A stretch of 64,000 nucleotides of DNA from an uncultured Acidobacteriota bacterium (GTDB lineage: Bacteria > Acidobacteriota > Thermoanaerobaculia > UBA5066 > Gp7-AA6): positions 64,001 through 128,000 of the forward strand of contig CAVXTP010000009.1 in NCBI GenBank assembly GCA_963764715.1, read 5' to 3'. The notes below the pieces were generated by a model. The model was given only the letters and a program-made list of their open reading frames with translations. It did no database searches and had not been told where the DNA came from. Position numbers and translations under genes: made by a program. This document shows positions 19,758-34,863 of this stretch, piece after piece (position 1 is the first letter of the stretch; the number at the start of each line of letters is the position of its first letter).

Positions 19758-22351
19758 ATGAACATCTCGTCGGGTACACGGCTCGGACAATACGAGATCG
19801 TGGACCGCCTCGGCTCGGGCGGAATGGGGGAGGTCTACCGGGCGCGGGACACGCGCCTCGGGCGCGACGTCGCGCTCAAGGCCCTCTCGGGGGAGCTTTC
19901 CCTCGACCCGGCGCGGCTCTCGCGGTTCGAGGCCGAGGCCCGCTCGGCCTCGGCGCTCAACCACCCGAGCATCGTGACGATCCACGAGATCGGCCAGGAC
20001 GACGGGACGCCGTTCATCGTCATGGAGCTCGTCGACGGGAAGACCCTGCGCGAGCTGCTGTACACGGGGCGCCCTGCCGCTGCGGCGGACGGTCGCCCTG
20101 GCCGCCCAGCTCGCGGACGCCCTGGCCCGCGCCCACGAGGCCGGCATCGTGCACCGGGACCTGAAGCCCGAGAACGTGATGGTCACCCGCGACGGCCTGC
20201 TGAAGATCCTGGATTTCGGCCTGGCCAAGATCGAGAGCCGCGAGGGCGAGAACGGCGCCGACCGGCGGGACCTGACCGTCACCGAGGAGACGCGCGAGGG
20301 CGCCGTCGTCGGCACCTCCGGCTACATGTCGCCGGAGCAGGCGAGCGGCCAGCCGGTCGACTTCCGTTCCGACCAGTTCGCCTTCGGGACGGTGCTCTAC
20401 GAGATGCTGACCGGCAAGCGCGCCTTCCACGCTCCGTCGCGGGCCGAGACGCTGGCGGCGATCATCCGCGACGAGGCCGAGCCGATCGGGACGGTCGCGC
20501 CCAGGGTGCCGCCGCCGCTGCGCTGGATCGTCGAGCGCTGCCTCGCCAAGCTTCCCGAGGAGCGGTACGCCTCGACGCGCGACCTCGCGCGCGACCTGCA
20601 GAGCGTGCGCGACCACTTCTCGCAGATCGAAGGCGACGCCTCGCCCGCTCCTGCCGGTGCGGCGGCGCGCGCGGAGCTGGCTGCCGGCCGGCGTCGGACT
20701 GGCGGTCGCGGCGCTCGTCGCCTCGGCCTGGGTCTTCGGCGGCGCGTCGCGCGAGCGCGACCAGCCGTCCTTCCGGAGGCTGACGTACCGCGACGGCACC
20801 GTCTGGACCGCGCGCGTGGCGCCCGACGGGCAGACGATCGTCTACGGCGCAGCCTGGGGCCCGGGCCCGATCCGCATCTACTCGACCCGCCCCGAGATCC
20901 CCGAGTCCGTGCCGCTGCCGCTTCCGCCGGCGAACGTCCTCGCGATCTCGCCCGTCGGGCGAGATGGCCGTCTCGCTCGCCGCCCGGCCGGTGGGCCCGT
21001 TCGTGACCGTCGGCACGCTCGCGCGCTCGACGCTCGCCGGCGGGGGGCCGCGCGAGGTGCTCGAAGCGGTGCAGGCGGCCGACTGGGCCGCGGACGGCGC
21101 GAGCCTCGCCGTGGTGCGGACGGTCGACGGACGACAGCCGGCTGGAGTTTCCGATCGGCCGGACGCTCGTGGACCTTCCCTCCGGCTACGTGAGCCACCC
21201 GCGCGTCTCGCCGCGCGGCGATCTCGTCGCGTTCATCGAGCACCCGATGCGGGGCGACGACGGCGGCGTCGTCGTCCGTCGTCGACCGCGAGGGCCGCAA
21301 GCGCGCGCTCTCGCCGGGATGGATCAGCGCGCGCGGCCTCGCCTGGTCTCCCGATGGCGGAGAAGTGTGGTTCACGGCCGCTTCGGGCGGCGCCACCCGC
21401 TCGCTCCACGCCGTCACGCTCTCGGGCCGACGGCGGCTCGTCCTCCGGAGCCCCGGCGCCCTCACGCTCCACGACATCTCCCGCGAGGGCCGGGTGCTCC
21501 TCGCCCGCGAAGGCGCGCGCGAGGGGATCCTGGGTCTGCCTCCCGGGGCGGACCGCGAGCGCGAGCTTTCCTGGCACGACTGGTCGCGGCCGGTCGACCT
21601 GACGGCGGACGGCACGCAGATGCTCTTCGACGAGACGGGCGAGGGCGGAGGCTCCGGCTACGCGGTCTATCTCCGCGGCACCGATGGTTCCGAGGCCGTG
21701 CGCCTGGGCGACGGCCATGCCCTGGCTCTCTCGCCGGACGGCAAGTGGGCCCTCTCGACGCCCCACGCGACGCCCGCGGAGCTCGTCCTCCTGCCGACGG
21801 GCGCCGGTCAGCCGCGGCGTCTCGCGACCGGCCGCTTCGAGAACATCGTGCGTGCGGCGTGGGTCGCCGGCGGCGAGCGCCTCGTCGTCGGGGCCAACGA
21901 GCCCGGCCACGCGATCCGGCTGTACGTGCAGTCGGCCGAGGGCGGCGGCGTCCGGCCGATCACCCCCGAGGGCGCCGGAGCGGCCTGGGCCGTTTCGCCG
22001 GACGGCGGGAGCGTCGCCGCCCTCGATCCGGCGCGCCGCCTCGTCATCTACTCCGTCGACGGCGGCGAGCCGGCCGCGGTTCGCGGGACCGAGGACGGCG
22101 ACGTTCCGGTGCGCTTCACGCCCGACGGCCGGGCCCTCTTCGTGCTCACCCGCGGCGACGGCGCGCGCGCCGAGGTCCACCGCATCGAGCTCGCGAGCGG
22201 CGACCGCAGACTCTGGAAGGAGCTCGCGCCGCCCGACCCGGTCGGCGTCTACGGAGTTCCGCGCGTCCTGCTCTCGGCCGACGCGGGATCCTACGTCTAC
22301 TCGTACGTGCGGCTGCTCGACGAGCTCTTCCTGGTCGACGGGCTGCGGTAG
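19758..22351 (+). CDS. Membrane Ser/Thr protein kinase with C-terminal TolB/WD40-like beta-propeller; five apparent +1 frameshifts
   Basis: [34 protein letters not shown], a TM segment ([15 protein letters not shown]), SPDG repeats. Pieces lie in ORFs 19707, 20149, 20657, 20964, 21169 and 21365. Confidence 0.85.
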
Positions 22352-22427
22352 CGCGAAGCGCGCCGGAGCGCGGCGTCGCCTCGCGCGGGAACAATGCCGC
22401 GGGGCCCGATGTTAGACTTGTCTTCCA

Positions 22428-23831
22428 ATGGCGTACCGGGGCGGCTTCTCGGACGAATGCGGCGTCTTCGGCGTCTGCGATTCCGACGACGCGGCCAACC
22501 TGGCGTACCTCGGCCTCTACGCCCTCCAGCACCGCGGCCAGGAGTCGGCCGGAATAGCGTCGCTCGACGACGGTAAGATCCACGTCGAGCGGGAGATGGG
22601 GTACGTCGCCGACGTCTTCGGGGAGGCGCGCCTCTCGCGATTGCCCGGCCGGACGGCCATCGGCCACGTCCGGTACTCGACGGCCGGGGCCTCGCTCCTC
22701 GCCAACGCCCAGCCGCTCGTCTTCGCCACGGGCCGCGGCCCGCTCGCCCTGGGGCACAACGGTAACCTCGTGAACGCGCGGGAGATCCGCGCCTCGCTCG
22801 AGGCCCAGGGGGCCCTCTTCACGACGACCTCCGACTCCGAGGTCTTCCTCCACCTGGTCGCCCGGTCCCAGTCGCCCACGCTGACGGGGGCGATCGCGGA
22901 CGCCCTGACGGAGGTCCGCGGCGCCTACTCGCTCGTCATCTTGTCCCGAGAAGGCATCTTCGCCGTGCGCGACCCGCACGGCATCCGCCCGCTGTCGCTC
23001 GGGATGCGCGAAGGCTCGCCCGTCGTGGCGTCCGAGACGTGCGCCTTCGACCTCATCGGGGCGAAGTTCGAGCGCGACGTCGAGCCGGGCGAGATCGTCC
23101 GTCTCTCGCGCGACGGCTTCTCCTCGCACCGGTTCGCGTTCCCGGTCTCGACGCCCTGCGTCTTCGAGCACGTCTACTTCGCGCGCCCGGACTCGATGGT
23201 GTTCGGCCGGAGCGTCGCCGCGACCCGGCAGGGATTCGGGCGGCGGCTCGCGAAGGAGCATCCGGCGCAGGCCGACGTCGTCGTCGCCGTGCCGGACTCG
23301 GGGATGTACCCGGCGCTCGGCTACGCCGAGGAGTCGGGGATCCCGTTCGCGCTCGGGCTCGTCCGCAACCACTACGTCGGGCGCACCTTCATCGAGCCCA
23401 AGCAGTCGATCCGCCACTTCGGCGTGAAGGTCAAGCTCAACCCGGTCCGCGAGGTCGTGCAGGGCAAGCGCGTCGTCCTCGTGGACGACTCGATCGTCCG
23501 CGGGACGACCTCCCGCAAGATCGTGCGGATGCTGCGGGAAGCCGGGGCGAAGGAAGTGCACGTGCGCGTCTCGTCTCCGCCGACGATGAACAGCTGCCAC
23601 TACGGCATCGACACGCCGACGCGCTCCGAGCTCATCGCGGCCAATCAGTCCGTCGACGAGATCCGCAAGTACATCGAGGCCGACTCCCTCGGCTACCTCT
23701 CCGTCGAGGGCATGCTCGAGACCTTCGGACGCCCGCAGCAGGCGACCTGCACGGCCTGCTTCACGGGCATCTATCCCGTCGAGATCGAGGAAGAGGAGCG
23801 CGAGAAGGAAAACGCGCTCGACGCGAAGTAG
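22428..23831 (+). CDS. purF: Amidophosphoribosyltransferase
   Basis: Propeptide then ECGVFG; QHRGQESAG, GHVRYST, VDDSIVRGTT; Fe-S Cys residues (CTAC). Confidence 0.97.
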   Translation: MAYRGGFSDECGVFGVCDSDDAANLAYLGLYALQHRGQESAGIASLDDGKIHVEREMGYVADVFGEARLSRLPGRTAIGHVRYSTAGASLLANAQPLVFATGRGPLALGHNGNLVNAREIRASLEAQGALFTTTSDSEVFLHLVARSQSPTLTGAIADALTEVRGAYSLVILSREGIFAVRDPHGIRPLSLGMREGSPVVASETCAFDLIGAKFERDVEPGEIVRLSRDGFSSHRFAFPVSTPCVFEHVYFARPDSMVFGRSVAATRQGFGRRLAKEHPAQADVVVAVPDSGMYPALGYAEESGIPFALGLVRNHYVGRTFIEPKQSIRHFGVKVKLNPVREVVQGKRVVLVDDSIVRGTTSRKIVRMLREAGAKEVHVRVSSPPTMNSCHYGIDTPTRSELIAANQSVDEIRKYIEADSLGYLSVEGMLETFGRPQQATCTACFTGIYPVEIEEEEREKENALDAK

Positions 23832-23867
23832 GCCCGGCCCGAGGGAGCGACGGCGGGCGATCGTCAC

Positions 23868-25571
23868 GTGAAGCGCGGGTCGGCTCTGGCCGCGGCCGCC
23901 GTTGCGGTCGCGACGGCCGGGCTCTTCGTGCTCTCCCGCGGCAGGTGGTCCGACGCCCTGATCGACTCGGGCCGCGAGTGGATCGTGCCGGACGCCCTCG
24001 CGCGCGGCGGCCTTCTCTATCGCGACGTCGTCTACTGGTTCGGTCCGTGGACGCCCTACGCGCACGCGGCCGTCTTCAAGCTCGTCGGTTCTGGCTTCGG
24101 CCCGCTGGTGTTCGCCGGCGTTCTCGGCGCCCTGGCGGTGCTCGCGTCGTTCGCGTACGCCGTCCGCCGTGTCGCCGGCCCGCTCGAGAGCGGTCTCGCC
24201 ACGGGCCTCGCGATCCCGGTGCTCGTGTTCATGCCGGCCGCGGGGGGAGCGATCCTCGGAATGGGATACCGGATGTGGCACGCGGCGGGCTTCGGGCTCC
24301 TCGCGCTCGCCGCGGCCGCCTCGGTCCGTTCCCGCCGCGCGACCGCCGTGGCTTCCGGCGCGCTCGCGGCCCTCGCCGGCCTCTGCCGGACCGAGTGGGG
24401 GCTGATGGCGCTCGCCGCCGCCGCTCTCGTCGTCCTGCGCGCGACCCGTTCCGGGAGCGCCGCGCGCCTGGCGTGGCTCCTCGCCGCCTTTCTTCTGACG
24501 TCGGGCGCCGGGTGGGCCGCCTTCCTTCTGACCGCCGGGCCGGACGTCCTCCTGCGGGAGTCGCCGGTCTTCCTTCTCAATATTCCGGAGGCGACGCGCG
24601 CTCACGTCGTTCCTTCGCTGGCGATCGGGTGGGCGGCGCTCGGGAACCTCGTCTACGCCTGCGCCGTCGGAGCGGGGGCCGTCTTCCTGCTCCGGGCGCT
24701 CTCCTCGCCGCGCGATTCCCGGGCCGCGCGCTCGAGCCTCGTCGCGACGGCGGCCCTCCTCGCCGTGGCGCTCGTCGCCGCGCTCGCGGGCGGGCTCTCG
24801 GGCCCGTCGGCCTACAGCGCCGCCCCGGCCGTCTGTGCGGCCGCGGTCGTCGTCGGCTGGCGGCGGGGACGCGGCCCGCGGGCCGCCCTCCTTCTCGGGC
24901 TCGGAGTGATCGGGCTCCTCGCCCTCCACCGCCGCCTCTTCTTCATCGGAGACGGTCCCTACGTGGCGCCACCGCTTCTCTTCGCGCTCGCCTGCGCGGC
25001 GGGCCTCGCCCGGCAGGCCATGCTCCGCCGTCGCGAACGGGCCGGCCGCCGCCGTCTTCGGACGAGCTATCGGCTGGCGGCCGCCGCGCTGATCGTCTTT
25101 GCGTTCCTGGACCGCGCCGTCGCCTACGCGCGCGACGAGCGCGTCTGGATCGGCGGCACCGGGCGCATGCTGTCCGCGCGCTCCGAGGACGCCCGCGACA
25201 TCGAGGACCTCGCCGCCCGGATCCGGGGTCTCTGCCGAGGCGACGGCGGGCTCGTCGCATTTCCGGAGGGCGAGCTCTTCAACGAGCTGACCGGCTGGCG
25301 CAACCCGCTCCGGCACAAGCTCTATCTCCCGGGATACCTGACGGCCGAGAACGAGCCGGCCGTCCTCCGGGAGCTCGAGGCCGCGAGGCCGGCGGCCGTC
25401 GTGATTCTTTCACGCGCCACCGGGGAGTACGGCGGCGGTCAGTTCGGCCAGGGTTACGGGGCCCGAATCCGGGCGTGGATCGAGACCGACTATGAAGCGC
25501 GAACGCGCAACGGCGTCGCAACCCTCTTCGTCCGGCGCGGCGCCCCGGCCTGCGGGAGCGTGTCGCCCTGA
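23868..25571 (+). CDS. Polytopic membrane protein, GT-C (ArnT/PMT-like) glycosyltransferase
   Basis: First loop D.GRE...GGLLYRDVVYWFGP; many TM helices; CRTEWG motif; soluble C-terminal domain. Confidence 0.7.
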   Translation: MKRGSALAAAAVAVATAGLFVLSRGRWSDALIDSGREWIVPDALARGGLLYRDVVYWFGPWTPYAHAAVFKLVGSGFGPLVFAGVLGALAVLASFAYAVRRVAGPLESGLATGLAIPVLVFMPAAGGAILGMGYRMWHAAGFGLLALAAAASVRSRRATAVASGALAALAGLCRTEWGLMALAAAALVVLRATRSGSAARLAWLLAAFLLTSGAGWAAFLLTAGPDVLLRESPVFLLNIPEATRAHVVPSLAIGWAALGNLVYACAVGAGAVFLLRALSSPRDSRAARSSLVATAALLAVALVAALAGGLSGPSAYSAAPAVCAAAVVVGWRRGRGPRAALLLGLGVIGLLALHRRLFFIGDGPYVAPPLLFALACAAGLARQAMLRRRERAGRRRLRTSYRLAAAALIVFAFLDRAVAYARDERVWIGGTGRMLSARSEDARDIEDLAARIRGLCRGDGGLVAFPEGELFNELTGWRNPLRHKLYLPGYLTAENEPAVLRELEAARPAAVVILSRATGEYGGGQFGQGYGARIRAWIETDYEARTRNGVATLFVRRGAPACGSVSP

Positions 25572-27301
25572 TCGAAACGTCGAACGCGGCGGCCGAAATC
25601 CGCGCCCGGCGGATCGCCTGGCTTCCGGAGCTCCTTTACCTCGGGGCGACGTCCGCGATCGGGCTTCTCGCGGGGGGCCGATGGCTCACGCCCGAGGGAG
25701 ACATCGGGGCGTGGTGGTCGCTGAGCCATCGGCTCGCGACGGGGGCGCGGCTCTATCGCGACGTGTATCCGGGCCAGTACGGCCCGCTCTCGCCGTACCT
25801 GCTCGCCTGGACGGAGCGTATTTTCGGCGTCTCGGCGGGGGAGTTCCTGCTCGTCAACTGGCTCTCCGGAGTCCTCGCCGGCGGCGTCCTGCTGTTCCTG
25901 TCGCGGCGCCTTCTCACGACCCTCGAACGCTGCGGACTGGCGGGAGTGATCATCGCGACCTCCGTCCTCGCGCCGGGCCCCGGACGGCTCGTCTACTCCT
26001 ATGCGCCCGGCGCGGTCCATGCGCTCGTGCTCGCGCTCCTGGCGCTGATGTTCGTCGGCCGGAGTCCCTCGCCGACGGTCCGCGACGCGGCCCTCGCGGG
26101 GCTCCTCGCCGGCCTCGCTTTCGGCTGCAAGCAGGAGATCGGCATGGCCGCGGCGGCGGCTCTCTGGGCGCCCCTCGTGATTTCGGGAAGCGAAGGCCTC
26201 GCGGGAGCGCGCCTGCGATGGGCTTGCGCGACGGCGGCCGGGTTCGCGGCGGGAGTGTTGCCGGCGGCGGCGATCGCCTTCTCCGCGGCGTCCCTCGGCT
26301 CGCTCCGGGCGGACAGCCGCGTCTGGCCTCTCGTCCTGCATCCGGGAGGAGACTGGGAGACGGCCTATCGGCGCATCGCAGGGCTCACGGTCTCGAACTG
26401 GCCCGGCATGGTTCGCAGCGCCGCGTGGACGGTCCTCGCCGTTCTCGTCGTCGTGGCGGCCGCCGTCGCGATCGCGAAGAAGGAGAAGGGCGCTTCCTGG
26501 GTGCGCCTCGCCCTCGCCTCCGCCTTCCTCGTTGCCTGGCGGCTCGCCGACCCGGCCCGTCTCGGCGCGGACGCGGACCCCATCGTTCTGTCTTCCGTGG
26601 CGGCCGCGCTCGTCCTGGCCGGGGGGCTCGCCGGTCGAATCGAGAACCGGGTGCTCGTGGTTTCCGTCGCCGCGTTCGCCCTCCTCGTCAGCCTGCGCAC
26701 GGTCGTCTCGGCCGAGGCCGGCGACCACTATGCCGGCGTCGCGCACCTCGCGACGGCGCTGACCTGGGCCATCCTGATCTGCCGGATGGCTCCGGGAACC
26801 TTCGTCGGGCCGGGGCCGCTCTCCTCGACGATTCGCACCGCCTTCGGCGCCGTGTTCCTGATCGTCGGATGGTCCGGCGTGATCTCCGCGGGGATGGCGC
26901 TCGGGACGACCGCCAACGAGCCCTACGTCTCGCCGCGCGGAACGGTATTCGTCAAGAATGCCGGATTCTTTTCGCGGCTCGAGAAAGAGCTTCGGCCGGA
27001 GGATCGGGTCCTGGCGCTGCCCGAGCCCTACGGCCTCGAGCCGATCTTCGGCGTCCGCCCGTGGTCGAAGCGTCTCCTCCATCTCCCGCCGGCCATGAAG
27101 GAGACCGAGGCTCGGCTCCTCCTCGAGCTGGAGCGCGATCCGCCGGACGCGGTCGTCGTCTTCGACCGGCCCACCCCGGAGTACGGCGTCGACGCGTTCG
27201 GCCGCGGCTACGGGCGGGCGACGAGCGAGTGGCTCGCCCGCCACTGCGCCGGGCGAGATTCCCCGGGTGGCGCGATCGGCCGCTGCGGGACGCCGCGCTG
27301 A
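25568..27301 (+). CDS. GT-C-like membrane glycosyltransferase, paralog of the upstream gene; probable CTG start
   Basis: Frame is open from CTG 25568 through a TM helix to GRWLTPEGDIG...GARLYRDVYPGQYGP; CKQEIG; EYG...FG.GYG shared with the upstream paralog. Confidence 0.7.
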   Translation: MIETSNAAAEIRARRIAWLPELLYLGATSAIGLLAGGRWLTPEGDIGAWWSLSHRLATGARLYRDVYPGQYGPLSPYLLAWTERIFGVSAGEFLLVNWLSGVLAGGVLLFLSRRLLTTLERCGLAGVIIATSVLAPGPGRLVYSYAPGAVHALVLALLALMFVGRSPSPTVRDAALAGLLAGLAFGCKQEIGMAAAAALWAPLVISGSEGLAGARLRWACATAAGFAAGVLPAAAIAFSAASLGSLRADSRVWPLVLHPGGDWETAYRRIAGLTVSNWPGMVRSAAWTVLAVLVVVAAAVAIAKKEKGASWVRLALASAFLVAWRLADPARLGADADPIVLSSVAAALVLAGGLAGRIENRVLVVSVAAFALLVSLRTVVSAEAGDHYAGVAHLATALTWAILICRMAPGTFVGPGPLSSTIRTAFGAVFLIVGWSGVISAGMALGTTANEPYVSPRGTVFVKNAGFFSRLEKELRPEDRVLALPEPYGLEPIFGVRPWSKRLLHLPPAMKETEARLLLELERDPPDAVVVFDRPTPEYGVDAFGRGYGRATSEWLARHCAGRDSPGGAIGRCGTPR

Positions 27302-27360
27302 TCGGGTCGCCGCGGGGGGACGCGGCGCTGAACGTGTCGCCGCGGGTGGGCGCAGCGCTC
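27288..27360 (+). repeat. Imperfect 30-bp tandem repeat (~2.4 copies) spanning the GT-C stop codon
   Basis: GGACGCCGCGCTGATCGGGTCGCCGCGGGG / GGACGCGGCGCTGAACGTGTCGCCGCGGGT / GGGCGCAGCGCTC. Confidence 0.65.
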
Positions 27361-27398
27361 GTGTCGTGGCGCGAGGGCACCCGTATAATGCCGCTCTC

Positions 27399-28445
27399 TT
27401 GACGACCTCCCGCTATGCCGACGCCGGCGTCGACATCGACGCGAAGGCGGCTGCGCTCGCCCGCGCGAAGGCGGCCATCCGCTCGACCTTCACGCCGGGA
27501 GTGCTCGGCGACGTCGGCGGGTTCGGCGGGCTCTTCCGGCCCGATTTCTCGAAGTACCGCGAACCCGTGCTCGTGGGCTCGACCGACGGCGTCGGCACGA
27601 AGCTCAAGGTCGCGATCGACATGGGCCGCCACGACTCCTGCGGCGCGGACCTCGTCAATCACTGCGTCAACGACATCCTCGTCCAGGGCGCGCGGCCGCT
27701 CTTCTTCCTGGACTACGTGGCGACCGGGAAGGTCGAGCCCGGCTTGATCGAGAGCGTGATCGAGGGCATCGCCCGCGGCTGCCGCGAGAACGGCACGGCG
27801 CTCCTCGGCGGAGAAACGGCCGAGATGCCGGGCTTCTATGCGCCGGGCGAGTACGACGTCGCCGGAACGATCGTCGGCGTCGTCGACCGGGAGAAGATCG
27901 TCGACGGCTCGCGGATCACGGCGGGCGACATCGCCGTCGGCCTTCCGTCGGTCGGGCTCCAGACCAACGGCTACACGCTCGCGCGCAAAGTCTTCTTCGA
28001 CCGCATGGGCCGCAAGCCCCAGGACCGCCTGGACGAGCTCGGAGGCCGGGCGATCGGCGACGTGCTCCTCGATCCGCACCTCTCGTACCTGCGGCCGGTC
28101 GAGCCGCTCCTCGACGCGGGCCTCGTTCACGGCCTCGCGCACCTGACGGGCGGAGGGTTCTACGACAACATTCCGCGCGTGCTTCCGCAGGGGCTCGACG
28201 TCGTCGTCAAGGCCGGGGCCTGGCCGGTGCCGCCGGTCTTCGAGGTCATCCGGCGCGAAGGCGAGGTCTCGTTCGAGGAGATGCACCGCGTCTTCAACAT
28301 GGGGATCGGCATGGTCGTGTTCCTCGCGGCCGGAGATCTGGCGCGCGCCGCCGAGATCTGGAAGGCCTCGGGCCAGCGCTGGTTCGCGATCGGCAACGTC
28401 AAGAGCGGCCGCCACCACGTCGTCGTCGAGCCGCCGCCCGCCTGA
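27399..28445 (+). CDS. purM: Phosphoribosylformylglycinamidine cyclo-ligase
   Basis: YADAGVDI, GGFGGLF, TDGVGTKL, GGETAEMPG, HLTGGG, FNMGIGM. TTG start with TATAAT at 27384-27389. Confidence 0.96.
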   Translation: MTTSRYADAGVDIDAKAAALARAKAAIRSTFTPGVLGDVGGFGGLFRPDFSKYREPVLVGSTDGVGTKLKVAIDMGRHDSCGADLVNHCVNDILVQGARPLFFLDYVATGKVEPGLIESVIEGIARGCRENGTALLGGETAEMPGFYAPGEYDVAGTIVGVVDREKIVDGSRITAGDIAVGLPSVGLQTNGYTLARKVFFDRMGRKPQDRLDELGGRAIGDVLLDPHLSYLRPVEPLLDAGLVHGLAHLTGGGFYDNIPRVLPQGLDVVVKAGAWPVPPVFEVIRREGEVSFEEMHRVFNMGIGMVVFLAAGDLARAAEIWKASGQRWFAIGNVKSGRHHVVVEPPPA

Positions 28446-28446
28446 C

Positions 28447-29037
28447 GTGGCGATGCGGCGCCTCGCGGTCCTGCTCTCCGGCCGCGGCTCCAACTTCGAA
28501 GCGATCGCCGACGCAGTCGAGCGCGGCGCGATCCCGGACGCCGAGATCGTGGCGGTCGTCTCGGACGTTCCGCAGGCGCCCGGGCTCGCGAAGGCGAAGG
28601 AGCGCGGCCTCCCGTCTTTCGCGGTCGATCGCTCGGCCTTCGCCTCACGGCGCGCGCACGAGGACGCGATCCTCGCGCTGCTCGCCGAGCGGCGCCCCGA
28701 TCTCGTCTGCCTGGCGGGCTACATGCGCCTGCTCTCGCCCGGGTTCGTCGCCCGCTGGCGGGGACGGATCCTCAACATCCACCCGGCGCTCCTGCCGAAG
28801 TTTCCCGGCCTCGACGTTCAGCGCCGGGCTCTCGAGGCCGGCGAGACCGAATCCGGCTGCACGGTCCACTTCGTCGACGAGGGGACGGACACCGGCCCGA
28901 TCGTCCTGCAGCGCAAAGTCCCTATCCTTCAAGGAGATACGGAGGCGACCCTCTCGGCCCGCATCCTCGCGGAAGAGCACCGGGCCTACCCCGAGGCGAT
29001 CGCGCACGTCCTCGACGAGCTCGAAAAGAGGGCCTGA
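28447..29037 (+). CDS. purN: Phosphoribosylglycinamide formyltransferase
   Basis: LSGRGSNF, LAGYMRLL, LNIHPALLP, GCTVHFVDEGTDTGPI. Confidence 0.97.
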   Translation: MAMRRLAVLLSGRGSNFEAIADAVERGAIPDAEIVAVVSDVPQAPGLAKAKERGLPSFAVDRSAFASRRAHEDAILALLAERRPDLVCLAGYMRLLSPGFVARWRGRILNIHPALLPKFPGLDVQRRALEAGETESGCTVHFVDEGTDTGPIVLQRKVPILQGDTEATLSARILAEEHRAYPEAIAHVLDELEKRA

Positions 29038-29116
29038 AGATGCACCGGAAACTGTGCAGTCCGACCTCGACGAAAGGCCCGTATTCATTGACGTTTTCGC
29101 AACTTTTCGATTTGTC

Positions 29117-29145
29117 TTGACAGGGCGATTGCGGGGCCCTATATT
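29117..29145 (+). promoter_or_regulatory. rRNA operon sigma70 promoter
   Basis: TTGACA-17 bp-TATATT with an AT-rich upstream region. Confidence 0.85.
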
Positions 29146-29490
29146 CCGCTTCCCCGCAAGGGTTGGTTCTTTCCAAGGCTTCTTCCCGGCGTGAGCCGTC
29201 CGCGTGACGGCGGGACGCGCGTCGCGTTTTTCGCTGACGGGATGGGACGAAGTTGAGCTAAACTGGAAGGTCCGTCGCAAGGCGGATTTTTTAGGTGGTC
29301 GCGCCGGCGGTACGGCGCGGCTTTCGGGCGCCGCGAGGGGCCCGGGGGCGCGGTTCCTTGAAAACTGAGTAGAGCGTGCCAGACGTCTTTTTCCTGCTTT
29401 TTTTGAAAAAGCAGAGTTTTCGGAAACTTACTTCAGGGTTTGACTCGCATCAATCGGCCAGGGCGTAAGCCCGAGCCGTGCGAACACTTT

Positions 29491-31052
<1,562 letters not shown>

Positions 31053-31265
31053 GAGTTCTTCTCGCTGCCCCTCTCTCATGGGGGAGCGGACGAGACACTC
31101 GAAGGTCGATCGTCTGGCGCCGACTTCGTCGGCAAACGCCTCTACTCAGTTTTGAAGGTATCGGCTCTCGGGGCCATCCTGGGCCCGGCCGTGTTCTTTG
31201 AAGTCATCGATACGGGATAGGGCGGGGACCCTTCGAGGCCCCCGAACCCCCCGGCTTTCCCCACT

Positions 31266-31343
31266 GGGCCTATAGCTCAGTTGGTTTAGAGCACACGCCT
31301 GATAAGCGTGAGGTCGGTAGTTCGAATCTACCTAGGCCCACCA
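31266..31343 (+). tRNA. tRNA-Ile(GAT)
   Basis: GGGCCTA acceptor stem, CTGATAA anticodon loop, GTTCGA, encoded CCA. One extra T in the D-loop (possible error). Confidence 0.97.
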
Positions 31344-31363
31344 GTTTTCAGTCGACCTCACGT

Positions 31364-31439
31364 GGGGCTGTAGCTCAGCTGGGAGAGCGGCGGCTTTGCA
31401 AGCCGTAGGTCGCCGGTTCGATTCCGGTCAGCTCCACCA
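31364..31439 (+). tRNA. tRNA-Ala(TGC)
   Basis: GGGGCTG acceptor stem with G3:U70, TTTGCAA anticodon loop, encoded CCA. Confidence 0.97.
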
Positions 31440-31608
31440 TTTCAGGCGGCAGACGGCAGGCGGCAGGCGGCTTCGATGACTCGATCAGGACGGCGCGGAT
31501 GAGAAAGCTCCTTGCACGAGGCGAGGGGCTTTTTGATCCGCGGTGATCAGGATCTTTGACAAGAGAGTCGGGTAAACGATTACAACATTCGCGTCTTAGG
31601 TATTTTAT

Positions 31609-34588
<2,980 letters not shown>

Positions 34589-34699
34589 ATAAAATATTTA
34601 AGACGCGAATCGAAAACCGTTTACTACCGACTCTCTTGCATGGACCCGGCGACATACCGTCGCGGATCCATAATGAACAGGGAAACAGAAAATAGAGTT

Positions 34700-34817
34700 T
34701 CCCGGTGACCTTAGCGAAGGGGCCACACCCGTTCCCATTCCGAACACGGCCGTTAAGCCCTTCAGCCCCGATGGTACTTCGAGGGAAACCTCGTGGGAGA
34801 GTAGGACGTTGCCGGGG
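34700..34817 (+). rRNA. rrf: 5S rRNA
   Basis: CACCCGTTCCCATTCCGAACACGG, GATGGTAC, GGGAGAGTAGG motifs. Confidence 0.97.
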
Positions 34818-34827
34818 ATTATTTTGG

Positions 34828-34860
34828 AGCTCAGGACTCGTTCCTGAGCTTTTCTTTTTT
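34828..34860 (+). terminator. rRNA operon intrinsic terminator
   Basis: AGCTCAGGA-CTCGT-TCCTGAGCT followed by a long T-rich tract. Confidence 0.9.
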
Positions 34861-34863
34861 GCG

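Noticed and set aside
19758-22351. Kinase as a decaying pseudogene or programmed-frameshift gene
   Set aside because: All shifts are +1 with no nonsense codons or shared slippery motif, the same pattern as in purQ, purL and truA; sequencing error is more likely.
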